Positions 39,544-53,345 are shown, counted from the first letter of the stretch. The stretch is 63,484 nt of DNA from Octopus bimaculoides (GCF_001194135.2 NC_068985.1:82247647-82311130), one strand, 5' to 3'. Translations and numbers: made by a program. Notes: generated by a model not told the origin, from the letters alone.

Positions 39544-40487
39544 GATACATATATATATATACACACACATATATATGTACATAAAATAAATGTGTTTCAT
39601 ATATATGTATATGCCCACACACACACATGTATGAGAGAGAGAGAGAAAGAGCCTATATAATAGTATTATTCTGTATCAGGACAGTGCATGTTGTAATTTT
39701 TTTCTCTCATAGTTTCTGGTTTTCTGTAGCTGTCAAACTGATAATAGGAAAATCAAAGCTTCTAAAACATCATTAATCCATTTATCTGATCAGCTCTTAT
39801 TTATCAAAACTATGAAGATCATAAGAGCAACAAATCACTGCCATCTGTTACAAACTATGAGAGAGAAAGACAGAGATAGAATGGAATATATATATATATG
39901 TGTTAATGTATATGTATATATATATATTGTTGTACTTGGGGATGGTCATATTGCCATGTATATATATGTATGTATATATATGTATATATATGTATACACA
40001 CACACACAACACACAATGAGGGAAGCATGGGAGGAGAAAGAGAAAGTAGTGTTTTCAATAGAACAATTATACTGTGGATGATATATAGATGATGATGAAG
40101 ATGTTTTAGGAGGAGAAGGAGGGTTAGAAGTGGACCAGAGACAATGGTGATGACCACCCCACCACAGCAACAAAAAAGTGATGATGATAATGGCTATGAA
40201 CTATGGGAAGGGGGAAAAAATAATTAAATGATACCACAGTCATTTTCAGGAACTAATGTGTGCATGTGATGTGTGTGAGTGCATGTGTGTATGCATGCAG
40301 CAAACACACATCTATGAATAAGTGCGTCAGTATGTATATATGTATGTTTGTATGTGTGAGTATGTATGTACATTTGACATAATCATAGTTACTTGAAAAC
40401 ATATTGAGAATACAAACATAGTTACACACATTTATGCATGTGTGTGCATGTGTGCACACATCAATATAAAAATGTACACGTGTATTC

Positions 40488-40922
40488 NNNNNNNNNNNNN
40501 NNNNNNNNNNNNNNNNNNNNNNNNNNNNNNNNNNNNNNNNNNNNNNNNNNNNNNNNNNNNNNNNNNNNNNNNNNNNNNNNNNNNNNNNNNNNNNNNNNNN
40601 NNNNNNNNNNNNNNNNNNNNNNNNNNNNNNNNNNNNNNNNNNNNNNNNNNNNNNNNNNNNNNNNNNNNNNNNNNNNNNNNNNNNNNNNNNNNNNNNNNNN
40701 NNNNNNNNNNNNNNNNNNNNNNNNNNNNNNNNNNNNNNNNNNNNNNNNNNNNNNNNNNNNNNNNNNNNNNNNNNNNNNNNNNNNNNNNNNNNNNNNNNNN
40801 NNNNNNNNNNNNNNNNNNNNNNNNNNNNNNNNNNNNNNNNNNNNNNNNNNNNNNNNNNNNNNNNNNNNNNNNNNNNNNNNNNNNNNNNNNNNNNNNNNNN
40901 NNNNNNNNNNNNNNNNNNNNNN
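40488..40922. other. Assembly gap (N)
   Basis: Run of n. Confidence 1.
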
Positions 40923-40982
<60 letters not shown>

Positions 40983-42823
40983 TGTCTGTCTGCCTGGTAA
41001 GAAGTGTTGGTCTGTTGAGTGTGGTAGCAAAGAAAGACTCCACAGAAAGCATGAGAAACATTGGTGAACTTAGAACTTAATATGTTGGGCCTCATAGATG
41101 AGATGACAAAGTATTGAAAGCAATCCTTGCATGACAAAACAAACAAAATCAAAATAAAGATAATTACATTGATAACAATGAGGAGGAAGACAACGAAAAT
41201 GACGATGATGATAACAATAACAACAAAAACAATATGATCAATTGGTTTCTTGTCAAAGTAAATTCACCTCACTGTATACGCTACAAATTCCATTGAAATA
41301 GGTTGCTTGAACTGTTAGAAATAGAAATCAAATTCCCTCAGATCACAGCTTATCATTATACAAAAGATGGGATGGACACAGCTGGAATGCTTTCACTCTT
41401 AAGGTGGTCTGTTAGGGCTCATCTAGGGTTAACAATTGAACTAACATGGACAAGGGGTGAGAAATTCCAGAGAACTAGTTTCAGATGAAAATATATAAAT
41501 ACTTAAATAGTTAATCCTTTGGTCTCCAGTCTTGACCTTCTCTCTGCCTTCTTGAATCTTTATTCCTCTGTGATTGACAAAATAGGTGATAGTCCTGTTG
41601 TATGGTCTACTGAATTGCTATAACTCAACTGTATATATTTTTGGCATGTGGATTTCTTAATTGCTTTATATCTTGGAGACATTAAGCTCCTAGTAACTTA
41701 ATTAATTTCAGAAACTTTTTCCTGCAATAGGCTTCCTATAAGTAGACTTGAATTTAGCAGTGATTAGCAGTGGGATGGCACAACAGAAAAAGCTGCGCCA
41801 GATTAAATGCCTTGTATTCATTTACTTGTGTCTTTTCACATCCTAAGTTCAAATTCCAGAGGAATTGACTTTACTTCTACCTCACTTGGTCACTAAAAGA
41901 GGACTCAATAATATACAGTGGTGATTCAATCAACTATGGCTCTTATTTAGAGGTTTCTGTCACTGAGACAAATAGGCCAACAGAAACTCAATGACATGCT
42001 CACCATGAAAAGCAAATGGTAAGATCAGTGCTAACATACTTAGTATTGTCAGTTAAGGAATTCTAATCAATTAAAATTACAATTGTAGTGAGGAGAAAGA
42101 AGCATTAAGACCCCCAAGGTTACTGTTTTACAACTAGCCAATACGTTTACGGTGTACCTTCCCATGGTACATTTTTACATCCAAACAGACTGTGTACTAA
42201 AATTTCTTGACCATAAACAAAGTGCAATGCTGGGTATTATATGAACTATGGATCTTCTAGTCAGGCAACCTATCAATTAACTTGACCAGCAAGAGATAAC
42301 AAAAAGCCTCCACATAGTTATTCGATCTGCTAGAAATAACAGCCAGATCTCCCTGAAATTACATTGTCTTTCAAAAAAATGCAGTTCACGTTGGCTAATG
42401 TAAACTTAGATACACTGAATAAAGAGTGGCGACAATGGGTAGAACGTCTTTTATCCTAGGTTGCTGACTTGAGGCTAAATAACAATATAACAAGTGAATC
42501 AGTTGCAACTCACACATAGACTTTATGATAATGATAAATTGATAAACTCGAAAGGAAGAAGAAAAAAAACTAACGAAAATGAGTTTTCTTTGTGTATATC
42601 GTCCACCTCAAAAATTAACAAAGAGAAAGTGATAACATACAATGTGTAAATATCTACCACTAACTTACATTTCCTTCTTCTAAACTAGTAACATTGCACC
42701 TTCTGCTTCGGATCTTCCTTTAAATTATTAGTTGAACACAGACCTCAACCTGAACTCTATATTTCTTTCTTGATTTCAGTGGCAGAAATATATTTCTCTC
42801 TCTTCGTCTCTTCCTTTCCTTAG

Positions 42824-42868
42824 GGGAAAATAAATCACCTCTCTAATAACCCATCTATGATGGTATAG
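42824..42868 (+). other. Candidate 45-nt plus-strand exon, stops in all frames
   Basis: ctcttcctttccttag| acceptor and TAG|GTAAGT donor. Confidence 0.3.
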
Positions 42869-43491
42869 GTAAGTTTGCAATGAATTGCATGCAACCCTAC
42901 TCTGCTTTGCCCTTTTCTTTTTTGCTACAATTTCAGTTTGTTTTCCTGCCTATTTTTTTCTTTTGCTGTCTGCTGTTATTATAGATTTTTTAAAATTGTT
43001 TGTTTATCCTTTATTGGCGTAATGTGTAAAAACAAAATTCCAAACAAATGGTTTCGATACAGTTTTTAACAGAGAAATCTAAAGGAATTAGATGAAAGTT
43101 CTCCGGTAATTTTCTCTCGTGTAAATAAATGCTTTAAAGTTAATTTTAAAATTTGTCAGCAAAATCTTATAAAATGACAATGTTCTAAAAGATGTACATG
43201 TTTATATGTTATATATGAAAATAAAAATTTGAAGTTTTATATGGAAGTAGAAAAGCTAGGAGGAAGAAAGTATGATGCGGGCTTCGAAGCAACACACGCA
43301 CATGTGTACATGCATTCATACATACATACAGTAAAGCTATAAAGTATCGTGGACTAAATAACCAATTTTCCTTTACATCACACCATATCATCGTAAAAAA
43401 GAAAAGGACACATCGAAGACATCCCTAACACGACTAAGATCGGCCACAGGTAGAATGCCTAGGTTTGATCAGTTACTTTTAACCTGGAGCA

Positions 43492-43525
<34 letters not shown>

Positions 43526-44080
43526 CCTTTCGGCGATAGGGAGGGGGCTAGTCGATTACATCGACTCAAGTACTTGACTGGTACTTATTTTACAGACTCC
43601 GAAAGGAAGAAAGGCAAAGTGAATTACGGATAATGATAATCCTTTCTACTGTAGGCACAAGGCCTGAAATTTTGGGGGAAGGGGTAAGTCGATCACATCG
43701 ACTCCAGTACTTGACTGGTACACACTTCTCTAGAGCTAAGTGGGTAATACGGTTTCAGTTGTTGATAATTTAGAAATGAAACGAAGTTTCGAACAGAAAT
43801 GAAAAAAAAAAAAAAAAAAAAAAGTCCCAGAATTCAGTTCTACCGCGCCGATTAATCTGGTTATATAATTTTATTTCAAATCAAGTGTCCTGTGTATGTG
43901 TGCAAATGTGTCAATGGGCAGTGTAGTGCAGTTGATAATCACTAAACAAATCGATCGCGCAACCTGCTTTTCCGATTCCCAGTTGGAAGAATTGCTTCGT
44001 GCACACACACGCGCGCGCGCGCAAATATACACACACACACATGCACACACATACACACACACACACACACACACATTTAC

Positions 44081-44153
44081 CGTTACTTTCACAGGGAAGG
44101 CAATGATTTCGCATACCCACTCCACTACACTCCTGAGTTTCCGTCGTATCCAT
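44081..44153 (-). CDS. Candidate first coding exon MDTTETQECSGVGMRNHCLPCESN-G (phase 1)
   Basis: ATG at 44153, GC/CpG-rich unique sequence, donor ACG|GTAAAT followed by (GT)n; no recognised homology. Confidence 0.35.
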
Positions 44154-44439
44154 GTAAGAAATTACAAAAGCGGAGAGAGAGAGACAATCTGTTATGCATA
44201 TGTATGAAAGATAAAATGATTTATAGATATTGATACAGGCAAAATACAAAACAAAAATCTCTTTTGAAACAACCGTTTTTTCCTTTGGTTTTAAAATTAA
44301 AAATAATATATTGTTAGTATATCTTTCAAGAGAAACAACAATAAACAAGTTGATAAAGAGAAACATACAGAAAGAATATGGGTACGGATTAGAGAGAGAA
44401 TGTGTGTGTGTGTGTCTGATAGAGAGAGAGAAAGCGTGT

Positions 44440-44700
44440 GTGTCCAGAACCCCAGACCTGGCCATTATATACAAGAGTTATGTCCCTTGATGAAAGACCA
44501 CTTGGGGCATTTTGCAAGTTCGACCACATCAAATCTTTTTGTTTATATTATAAGAGGAAAGAAGAAATCTGGATCGAGGAAAAGAGAACTGAAACATACA
44601 CAACACAGCACAAACCTACATGTAATAAAAAGACGAAGTATCGTAGAATAAATAAACAAATTTCTTTAAAATCACACCCTCCCATCTTGAAAAAAAAAAG
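44440..44700 (+). other. Candidate first (probably non-coding) exon of a plus-strand transcript
   Basis: Donor AAG|GTAAGA at 44700/44701 at the edge of the CpG island; 5' boundary not defined. Confidence 0.35.
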
Positions 44701-44856
44701 GTAAGACTAAGGCAACTAGATTTCCACAACTTCCTATTTACTAACATATCTAAATACATTTTTTAATTAGCGTACATGCATGAATGTATATCTTATCTAA
44801 ATTAATTATGTCCAGTGAAATCAGGCATAAAGCACCATTTTTTTTTTTTTTTTTTG

Positions 44857-45077
44857 TTATTGCCCACAAGGGGCTAAACATAGAGGGAATGAACAAGGAC
44901 AGACGAACGGATTAAGTCGATTACATCGACCCCAGTACGTAACTGGTACTTAATTTATCGACCCCGAAAGGATGAAAGGCAAAGTCGACCTCGGCGGAAT
45001 TTGAACTCAGAACGTAACGGCAGACGAAATACCGCTAAGCATTTCGCCCGGTGTGCTAATGATTCTGCCAGCTCACC
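44857..45077 (-). mobile_element. Young full-length Meta-like tRNA SINE
   Basis: ggtgagctggcagaatcattagcacaccgggcgaaatgcttagcggtatttcgtctgccgttacgttctgagttcaaattccgccgaggtcgactttgcc..; CpGs intact. Confidence 0.95.
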
Positions 45078-46065
45078 ATAATACAATATATTTAACATTT
45101 AAAAACAGTGTGTATTCAGGTGTTTGCATACAGACTGAGAAAGTAGAGACTGAGAAGAATGTATGCTTAAAATTACTTTTGATATCAATATCAATTTTCT
45201 ATTCTCAATAAGACTGAGATACAAAATATCTGGCTTTAACATATCAAGTATAAATTCATCTAAGAATTCATTGTTTATTATGAATTATCTCTTTTCTTGT
45301 TTAGTCACCTGCCCCTAAGGTATCCTTGATCAAACAGACCCATCTGTATAGAAATTACATTATGAAATGTGACCTTTCCATGTTTATAAAAACGAGAGGA
45401 TGTCATTTGAGGGAAATTTGAGAGCTATTTCTAGCAAATCAGTCGACCGAATACTGACACCTGCTTTGGTTTCCTATATTCAGAAATAGAAGTGATCAGC
45501 AACTATGAGTGATAAATGCTATTAAAATTATATTTGAAAACTATAAGTGAGGCAGGCAATCAAGTGATGCTTTGTTAGAGACCAAAAGTTTATTACATGT
45601 TATACAAGGTGAAGAGAATAACTCAAGCACACACTAACTAGAATACTGACATGAACGTACACATTCAGGCTTGTTTATTTTATACAATGATTGTTTCTTT
45701 ATAAAGTCCAAGATTCTTAAGTACAGAGGGCAATGGGAAAAGAGCAATAACGAGATATTCATACTTTTATTAATGAAAATGTGAGACTTTTTGAAAAGAA
45801 GAATTCTTAGACAAAGCATAAAACTTGCATCTATAGTCATATATTGGCAGTTTGTGTAACAGTCATACTAAAACATATATACTTGTGTTGTTTTTTTTAT
45901 ATATATCTTGTACAAAATATTTTTTCTTTATCAGTGAGTTTTGGGTCTCCAAGTTTCACAAGTCACTGAAATATATATGCATATGCATCTACACACAAAC
46001 ACCCACACACATGCATGCACGCACACACACACACGCACTCACAAACACACACACACACACACACA

Positions 46066-47310
46066 TGGGTTGGACAGGATGACATAGTCTGAGACAATTC
46101 TTATTCAATGTTGCTGCCCTACTGAACATGTCAGAAGAACGTATCTTGCTCATCTGTCCCAAGTTTTGCATTATTTCTATAGTAAGATCCCTTTCCTGAT
46201 GACAATCATTTTACAGAAATTACCTCTAGTATAATTTGATAGGATTTCTCTACTCTATATTTTCTATGTTGATTTGCTAACTTCTTCACAAAATGCACTG
46301 TATGCATTTAACATAGAATCAACACTTGTTGAGAGAGAGAGAGAATCCGAGTGAGCAGGTGAAAGGAGAGAGAAAAAGTATGAGAATAATGGGAAAAGCA
46401 AAGTGATATGAACAAGAGGGCACTATACAAAGAGACTATGTAAGAAAGAATGACAAAGCTGCTACATGTTGGTTATTGGTAAAGAGCTTGAATAGGAAAA
46501 TACCACGAGCAGTATAATGAGAGAAGAAATTGATGTATGCCAGCCAGGAGTGTTAGGAGAGAGTAATATAGGAGTGAGTGAAAAACTGCAGGTCAGCAAT
46601 GAACTCAAGAGATAGTATGAGAGAGTAAGCAAGAGATTGTGACAGAATGGAGGACATCAATAAAGAGTTATATGTGAAGATATGTCAAATCTAACACATC
46701 CCTCATTACATAGATGTCATGATAGAAGAGAGGTTGAGTGGTTATCAGTGATGGTGTGTTGACTGAGTACGAAAATTTCCAATGCCATTCCTTAAAACCC
46801 AGGTAGAATAGAACAGTGAATAAGAGAGTATGAGTAATAAATAAAGAGGTGATATAGTGGAGCAGCAGATGGAAACAGGTGCATAATGTGGATATATATA
46901 TTCTAGTTCGCATCCCCACCATCTTTTTCCTGTCCATTCAACAGGCAAGCATTGGTCGAGAAGTTTCCTCTAGAAAATATGTCTCTTTTCTTAGTTCTTT
47001 GTCAATTCCTTCATAAGGTTCAGCTTCTTGTAATTAGTTTACACCACTCCATCTCATATCATCCTGAGTCTCCCTGTTCTCCAAGTTTCATCTACTTTGA
47101 GCATTCGTCACTTCTTTATACAGCTCTTCCAACATCACATTCCCATACCAGTGTTATTCTATCTTGCAAGCTACATCTCTTCTCTGAACTCATTTGAGCT
47201 CCCAACTTCATGTATCTACTTCCTGCAAAGCATGTTCATTTCCTATGAAGCCACCAGAAATCCCCCACATTCAGGGATCACAAACAATATTGCTTTTCAC
47301 ACAATTTCAT
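46066..47310 (-). mobile_element. 5'-truncated RTE-type LINE (ORF end, long 3' region, tail)
   Basis: Minus-strand WYGNVM..RMLKVDETWRTGR.RM (GRPR-like) remnant; same architecture as 7455-8720. Confidence 0.65.
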
Positions 47311-47449
47311 CATACAATTTGCCTTTTACTTATTAGCAGTAGTAGAGGCAACCTGAACTTTGAACATATATATAATACATATTCATGCATGTATTAATGT
47401 GAGTATATAGAGCATGTGTGTTTATCATCGGTATATAATATACACATAA

Positions 47450-47670
47450 AGGAGGCAAGCTCACAGAATTACTAGCACGCCAGACAAAATGTTTAGCAGC
47501 ATTTTGCCCGTCTTTACACTTTGAGTTCAGATCCCACCAAGGTTAACTTTGTCTTTCATCTTTGCACGATTGATAAAATAAGTACCAGTTAAGTACTGGG
47601 TCAATGTAATTGATTTACCTCTATCACCTAAAACTGCTGACTTTGTGCTAAAATTTGAAATCAATACATA
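47450..47670 (+). mobile_element. Meta-like SINE
   Basis: ggaggcaagctcacagaattactagcacgccag..ttgagttcag..gataaaataagtaccag. Confidence 0.8.
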
Positions 47671-49804
47671 ATTATACACTTCAATTATATATATTATGCA
47701 ACTCAACCATATATGATAGATAAAGCATATCATTATATGTCATAACATACACACTTGCATGCATGTATAAAAAAACATTGGGGAAAGCAAAATAATACCT
47801 CGTCAATGGTTTTCTTAAACAAATGAAGATTTGTGTCAATGCAACAATCTTTCCTTCATTTCTTCTGAAGATGATTTTGATCATCTCTTTTTCTTTCTTC
47901 CATATATTTTTTTTTATTTGTTCCCCCACCCCACCCCACCCCACTATCCCTCTCTCACCTTGAGAGAAAATACTTCTAAAGTTCAAAGATAATGTTGTTC
48001 ATAATGTAAAGGCTATGATTTTTCAGGCAGAAATATCTTTCATTTGTCTAATGACATGACAATGAAGTATGTTGCAAGTACTTTACTCACCAATATAACA
48101 AAAAGAAAAAGAGAAAAAAACTTGCATAAAACAAGGTTTTCAATAGTCTGCCTGGAAAGCTTGTCATGTTGATAATAATAAAAAATACTGAAAGCTATAT
48201 AGTTAAAATAAAACATTTATAATATTATCATTTGGCAGAATCATTAGAGCATTGGTATTTATAACAGCTCTTTACAGTTTGAATTCTGTTTCAACCTAGG
48301 TCAACTTTGCCTTTTATCCTTTCAGAGTTGATAAAGTACCAGTCAAGTACTGGAGTTGGCATAATTGACTAACCACTTTGTGCCTATGTTCAAAATTATT
48401 ATTCTTGTTGTTATTGTTGTTTGCAGTGAATGGATGCAAGACAATTTTGGGGAAAAACTGGATTTACCACATTTAATTTGATGGAAAGGAAGTTTGTATT
48501 TTCCTTCCTCTTCTTTTTTCTTTTTTTTTTTTTTTTTGCAAATAAAGGACTTCAGAGTAATTTAGCATTTACCTGTGATTTAATATAGCTATAGAAATGC
48601 AGAAGGAGATACAATCTACATATATAGTAGTTTTGAAATTCATTTTGACCAAAAAGAAAAGAAAGAAGTGATTAAAAAGAAGATAGATGTAAAAGGAGGC
48701 ATTTGCACTGATATATTTTAAACACCAAAATTCACATTTTAATCAGTGGTAAAAATGTAAACTTCGAAAGGGAAAGCATCAACAGCTGCTTATCATTAGC
48801 AAGCATTGTGAACTAGAATGAAATAGTGTACAGGTCAGCTTCCGGAAAAATGGTTGGAGAGAATTATGCCACATAAAAGACTATTCATAGTCCCTCCATC
48901 ATCTTATTGAGAACTGGGCAAAGAGGAAAGTGACTCTGCATCTTAAATATTAGAGAGAGCCACCATATGCTCTTGAAGGAGTAGTTAAAAGAAATTTTTG
49001 CTATGTATGGCATGAATTCCATCAACCAGAACAGGATGTATGGAAGTGCGTTGGTGCATTGTTAGTTTTCATGTTTGTGTGAAAGGAGGAGAGGTTATGC
49101 ATATGTATGTGTGTGTCTGTGTGTGCACATTTTAACATGTCCTGTAAGCTTTGTGTAAAGTTTCAATAAATATATGAACACTTGTGAAAAATAAAAATAA
49201 AAATTTAAGCAGGCAAAATTGTTAGAATGCGAGAGAAAAAGAAAATGGATTTGAGTTAGTTCAAATCTTGCAGAAGCCATCTCTGCTTTTGATCCCTCTA
49301 GAGACCATCAATAAAATAATGTGCCAGTCAAGAACTAGGGTTCATGGTATTTACTAATCTTCTTAAATTTGCCACCCATGTACCTAAATCAGAAACCATT
49401 ATCAAGGAGGCAGTCAGCTGACAGGACTTTAACACACCAAAACCTTTAGTACACTAGCATTCTTATTGGATTCTTATATTCTGTGTTCAAATCCTGAAGA
49501 AGTCAACTTTGTCTTTCATCCCTCTAGTATCAATTAAATGAAGTACCAGTCAAGTACAAGAGTTGATGGTATCAATCTCACCCTTTGCTTTCAGAATTGC
49601 TGGTTTTGTGCCTAAATCAGAAACAAATATCATTATCATCAAATGTTACTGTCTCGATGAAATGAAAAACTGCACTCATTAGTGAAAGTGTTTCATTCAT
49701 TCATTTCTTTTTCTATTATATTAAATAGATGAAATATGCATTATCTATTTATGGAGTTATTTTATTTCATTTATTTTTATTATATATATATATATATGTG
49801 TGTG

Positions 49805-49854
<50 letters not shown>

Positions 49855-50550
49855 TACACACACACACATATGTATGTATATATATTTATATATGTGTGTG
49901 TGTGTGTGTTGTGTTACTTAGTAACATTTGAACCCTCTCACTTGCATAATTTCTTTATGCTGACAGTAGATTATTTAGAAAAAATTGCACTGTCTTTTCT
50001 ATGTTGCTGCTGCCTAATTACAGCTAAAGAAAAGTTGGATGAGAATTAATTCTCCTTATCAGTGAGAATAAGGCACAAACAACTCCAAAAACACATCTTC
50101 AATAAAGAAATAAACTAAGTGTTCACTATCCAAATAAAATTTATACTAGCCTTTTGCTAATCTCATCATTCAGTAAATAATATAGTTCAAGTTGTAAAAA
50201 GTTAAGATAATTCCCTAGCTTCTCTTTCCCTCAATTAGATATTGCTAACTAAAAGTACAGTTTGATAAAAAGATAAAAAGAGAAAGAAGAAAAAAAGTCT
50301 AGCAGCACGAAGTAGTTCTCTCCCTTCGTTGGCCAGGGAGTACTAAAATAACTGCCTTTTGGTGAACAACTAAGCTAAGCCAACTACAAATACATTGACA
50401 CTGACACAAGGCAGCACAGAAGCAGCTTACGCAGTCCACCCAATTTACTCCATGTAGCAGTCATAGAAATCCATTTATAAATTTCTTTTATAGCCTTATA
50501 GGGAAACCACATTTCATTCTCTATTATCTTTTTTTCTTTTTTTTTTAAAG

Positions 50551-50705
50551 TTGTCCATCTTAGGACAGCATGACCTACGTTGAAAATTATGACCGCCATG
50601 GATAAAACATCTTGACCCACCTGACTGACATGTTGGCTTATCCAAAACACTAACCATAAGCAATGCTGACTGGATCAGCTGATGGAGCTGCCTGAGGTTA
50701 ACGAG
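50551..50705 (+). other. Candidate exon (uORF-rich; last ATG gives MELPEVNE|)
   Basis: Long poly-T acceptor ..ttttttaaag| and donor GAG|GTACAA; higher GC; stops in all frames upstream of ATG 50682. Confidence 0.35.
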
Positions 50706-51987
50706 GTACAAATTTCATTATGAAATAGATTTGACAGTTATAAATATATATTTCCATATGTGCAAACACATGTATGTATTCTTTTGTGTATGTATATTTT
50801 AGTTTGTAAATTATTCAAAATCTCTCAGTCCTTCCTCTTCATGCTTATGTCCCATTGCCTACTGAGTTGCAGAAGTACTTCTAACTGAAGACTTCGTTTT
50901 CAACTGGTCTCTATCACTGAATGCAAATTAGACTGAATGAGCCCATCCTCTTTTTAAGATTAAGCCCATTATGGGATTTTGAACAGACTATGCAAGCTGG
51001 TGAAAAACCATCAATTTCACAGTGGTTCCCTCACAATAACTAACTATAGTATCAACTCAGGGGCACCTATTTACACCTAGGTCTTCCTTACCCAATCTAT
51101 ACCAAGTTATTTAATAAGTACATTATCAGTTATCACATTATCCTCGTGTAGAAAGAGAAATAATGTTTTAACTTTTTAAAACTTTAAAATAAGTATGATC
51201 TTCTTTGGGTTTTTTTTTTATTTCCTCTTGCCTTTATTTTAACTCAGATTATTGATTGTAAATAAGAATTATAATTCAAATCAATTATAATATTCATCCA
51301 TGGAAAAGAAAGAGGAGGAAAGATGCTTGAAGAAAGTGATGAAGAAAGAAAGGAAAGAAAAGAATAGCTTTTAAAATGATTAAAATTAAAATATATATAC
51401 CTATTTTTTGTCATGTTAATTTACATTTGTTTCAAAACTATACACACTCACATATGCTAACATACTCACACATACACATTATATATTGACAAATGCAATT
51501 AGCTCTATTTTTGGTTTGCTGTGATTATCATGATGCAGGTGTGTAAGATAAATAATTATATAAACAGCAATAAACATTATTAAATAAACTCTCTTTTGAC
51601 ATAGGTGTGTTTAAGTGAAATACATATATGCATGTGTGTGTGAGTGCATGTATTATACATACATAAATTATATACATAAATATTATTAAATAAACATCTC
51701 TCACTTCTTAGATTGTGAGAAAATCTAATCTAATCTCTAAATAAGTAATTAAGTAAGAAACAGGAAATTTTTAAAAAACTGTTAATGAACAAATTGATTA
51801 GAAATTGTCTAATACTTGCTTTATACTTCATACAAGAAAGCAACTAAATTTGTTTATATTTCATATAAATAAATATAAATATTTATAAGCACACACTCTT
51901 ACTTTCAATCATACTGGTACATGCACATGCACACGCTTTGTGTATATAAATATATATATATATATATTTACATGCATAGACACACAT

Positions 51988-51997
51988 NNNNNNNNNN
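51988..51997. other. Assembly gap (10 N)
   Basis: Run of n. Confidence 1.
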
Positions 51998-52487
51998 CAC
52001 ACATGTATACATTCTCATAAAACATAGACACATATAAATATATAAGCTCCACAAATCACGGAGGTTTTTCAATGCTGTGGTTAAATTCAGTTGCTGTTAA
52101 GTAAATGAGAGAGAAATTTCCTTCCTTCTCCTCATGGATATGACACCAGTTTGACAACAGCAACATTCCCCCAGATCTGCTGTTTGTTCATTACAGTGAG
52201 GTTAATAAAGGTATGATAGATTATGTGTCCTTGTGTAAGACTCAACAGAATGCCTGAATTTCTGAATTTTTGTAATCTTAAAGATGTTTCACATATAAAT
52301 GATTAAAATAAAACACTGTAATTTTAACTATAAATCTTTAATATTTTTAAAAACTAAAATAAGTATTTATTGGAATATACAGAATAAGTCTTGTAAGGTT
52401 GTAAACAAGTGACTGAATCAATGTCAGTATATTGCTGGTACTATTCTCATTGACCCTCAATAACTCCAACAGAGATTTGAATTCGGA

Positions 52488-52556
<69 letters not shown>

Positions 52557-53157
52557 TTTTAATGCTCTAAGGTAGTTTGCTGCTTTATGCTTAGTGACCA
52601 CCTGCATCTATCAAACTTAGACAGTTATTGATTTCTTTTCATCAGACACAAAACTAAATTATATAAGGGTTAGAAATTAACACCAGGAAATTACTAGTAT
52701 CTGTTTTATAAACTAGTGGTGGGGTGAAAAATAAAACTGACTTACCAGCAAAACATGAGCTAAAAAAACTAGAAAAATCTGACAAAACTTAATACTGCAC
52801 TGTATATATATTAGTTTGGTGCCTTGTTGTCTCTGCTATATTTGCTGCATATTAAAGTACTGTAATTAGCATTAATTAAAATGATGTACGTAGAAAAATC
52901 TGTAGCAGCTTTTACATAACTTCATTTTATTTTATTTGAGTTTTTAGAATTTAGGAGCCTTTTAGGAAAATTCTTTTACTTATAGTAGAGTTTTATAGTA
53001 TATTTTATAGCATCAATCCAATATAATGATTTTATGTTGTAATCTTAAGCCTATTGCTTTCTAGTGATTTGCAGTTTACTGCATCTTTAATTTTTCTAGT
53101 CTATATGTATATATGTGAAATTTTTAGTTTTGTTTTCTTTTATTATTCCTCCTCCAG

Positions 53158-53179
53158 ATATAAGATAAGGAGTCAAGAG
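53158..53179 (+). other. Candidate 22-nt microexon
   Basis: ttttgttttcttttattattcctcctccag|ATATAAGATAAGGAGTCAAGAG|GTAAGT, consensus acceptor and donor. Confidence 0.5.
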
Positions 53180-53280
53180 GTAAGTATCATACACACACAA
53201 AAAAAACAATAATAATCTAACATGATCAAAGGAATGTATCAGACTTTTTTTTTTGTTTCTTTTTTTGTGTGTGTGTTTAG

Positions 53281-53345
53281 GCTGTGTTCATGTGAACAGA
53301 TTAAATTGAAGAGATCAAAAGAAAAGAATAAAATCAATTGACCAG
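53281..53345 (+). other. Candidate 65-nt non-coding exon
   Basis: 101-nt upstream intron with CTAAC branch-like site and poly-T tract, |GCTGTG..ACCAG|GTAAAG; stops in all three frames. Confidence 0.4.

Larger units (their letters stand above)
43200..45100. promoter_or_regulatory. CpG-retaining island; putative bidirectional promoter
   Basis: Roughly 50 or more CpGs in 1.9 kb by eye (cgcgccg, cgatcgcgc, (CG)n run), far above the flanks; diverged SINE relics at 43525-43720 keep their CpGs; divergent splice donors at 44080(-) and 44701(+). Confidence 0.6.

Noticed and set aside
41250-41760. Coding-looking unique sequence on the minus strand
   Set aside because: Stops in all frames and no consistent acceptor/donor pair
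44990-45077. tRNA-like head
   Set aside because: Part of a SINE; no cloverleaf or acceptor stem for a true tRNA gene
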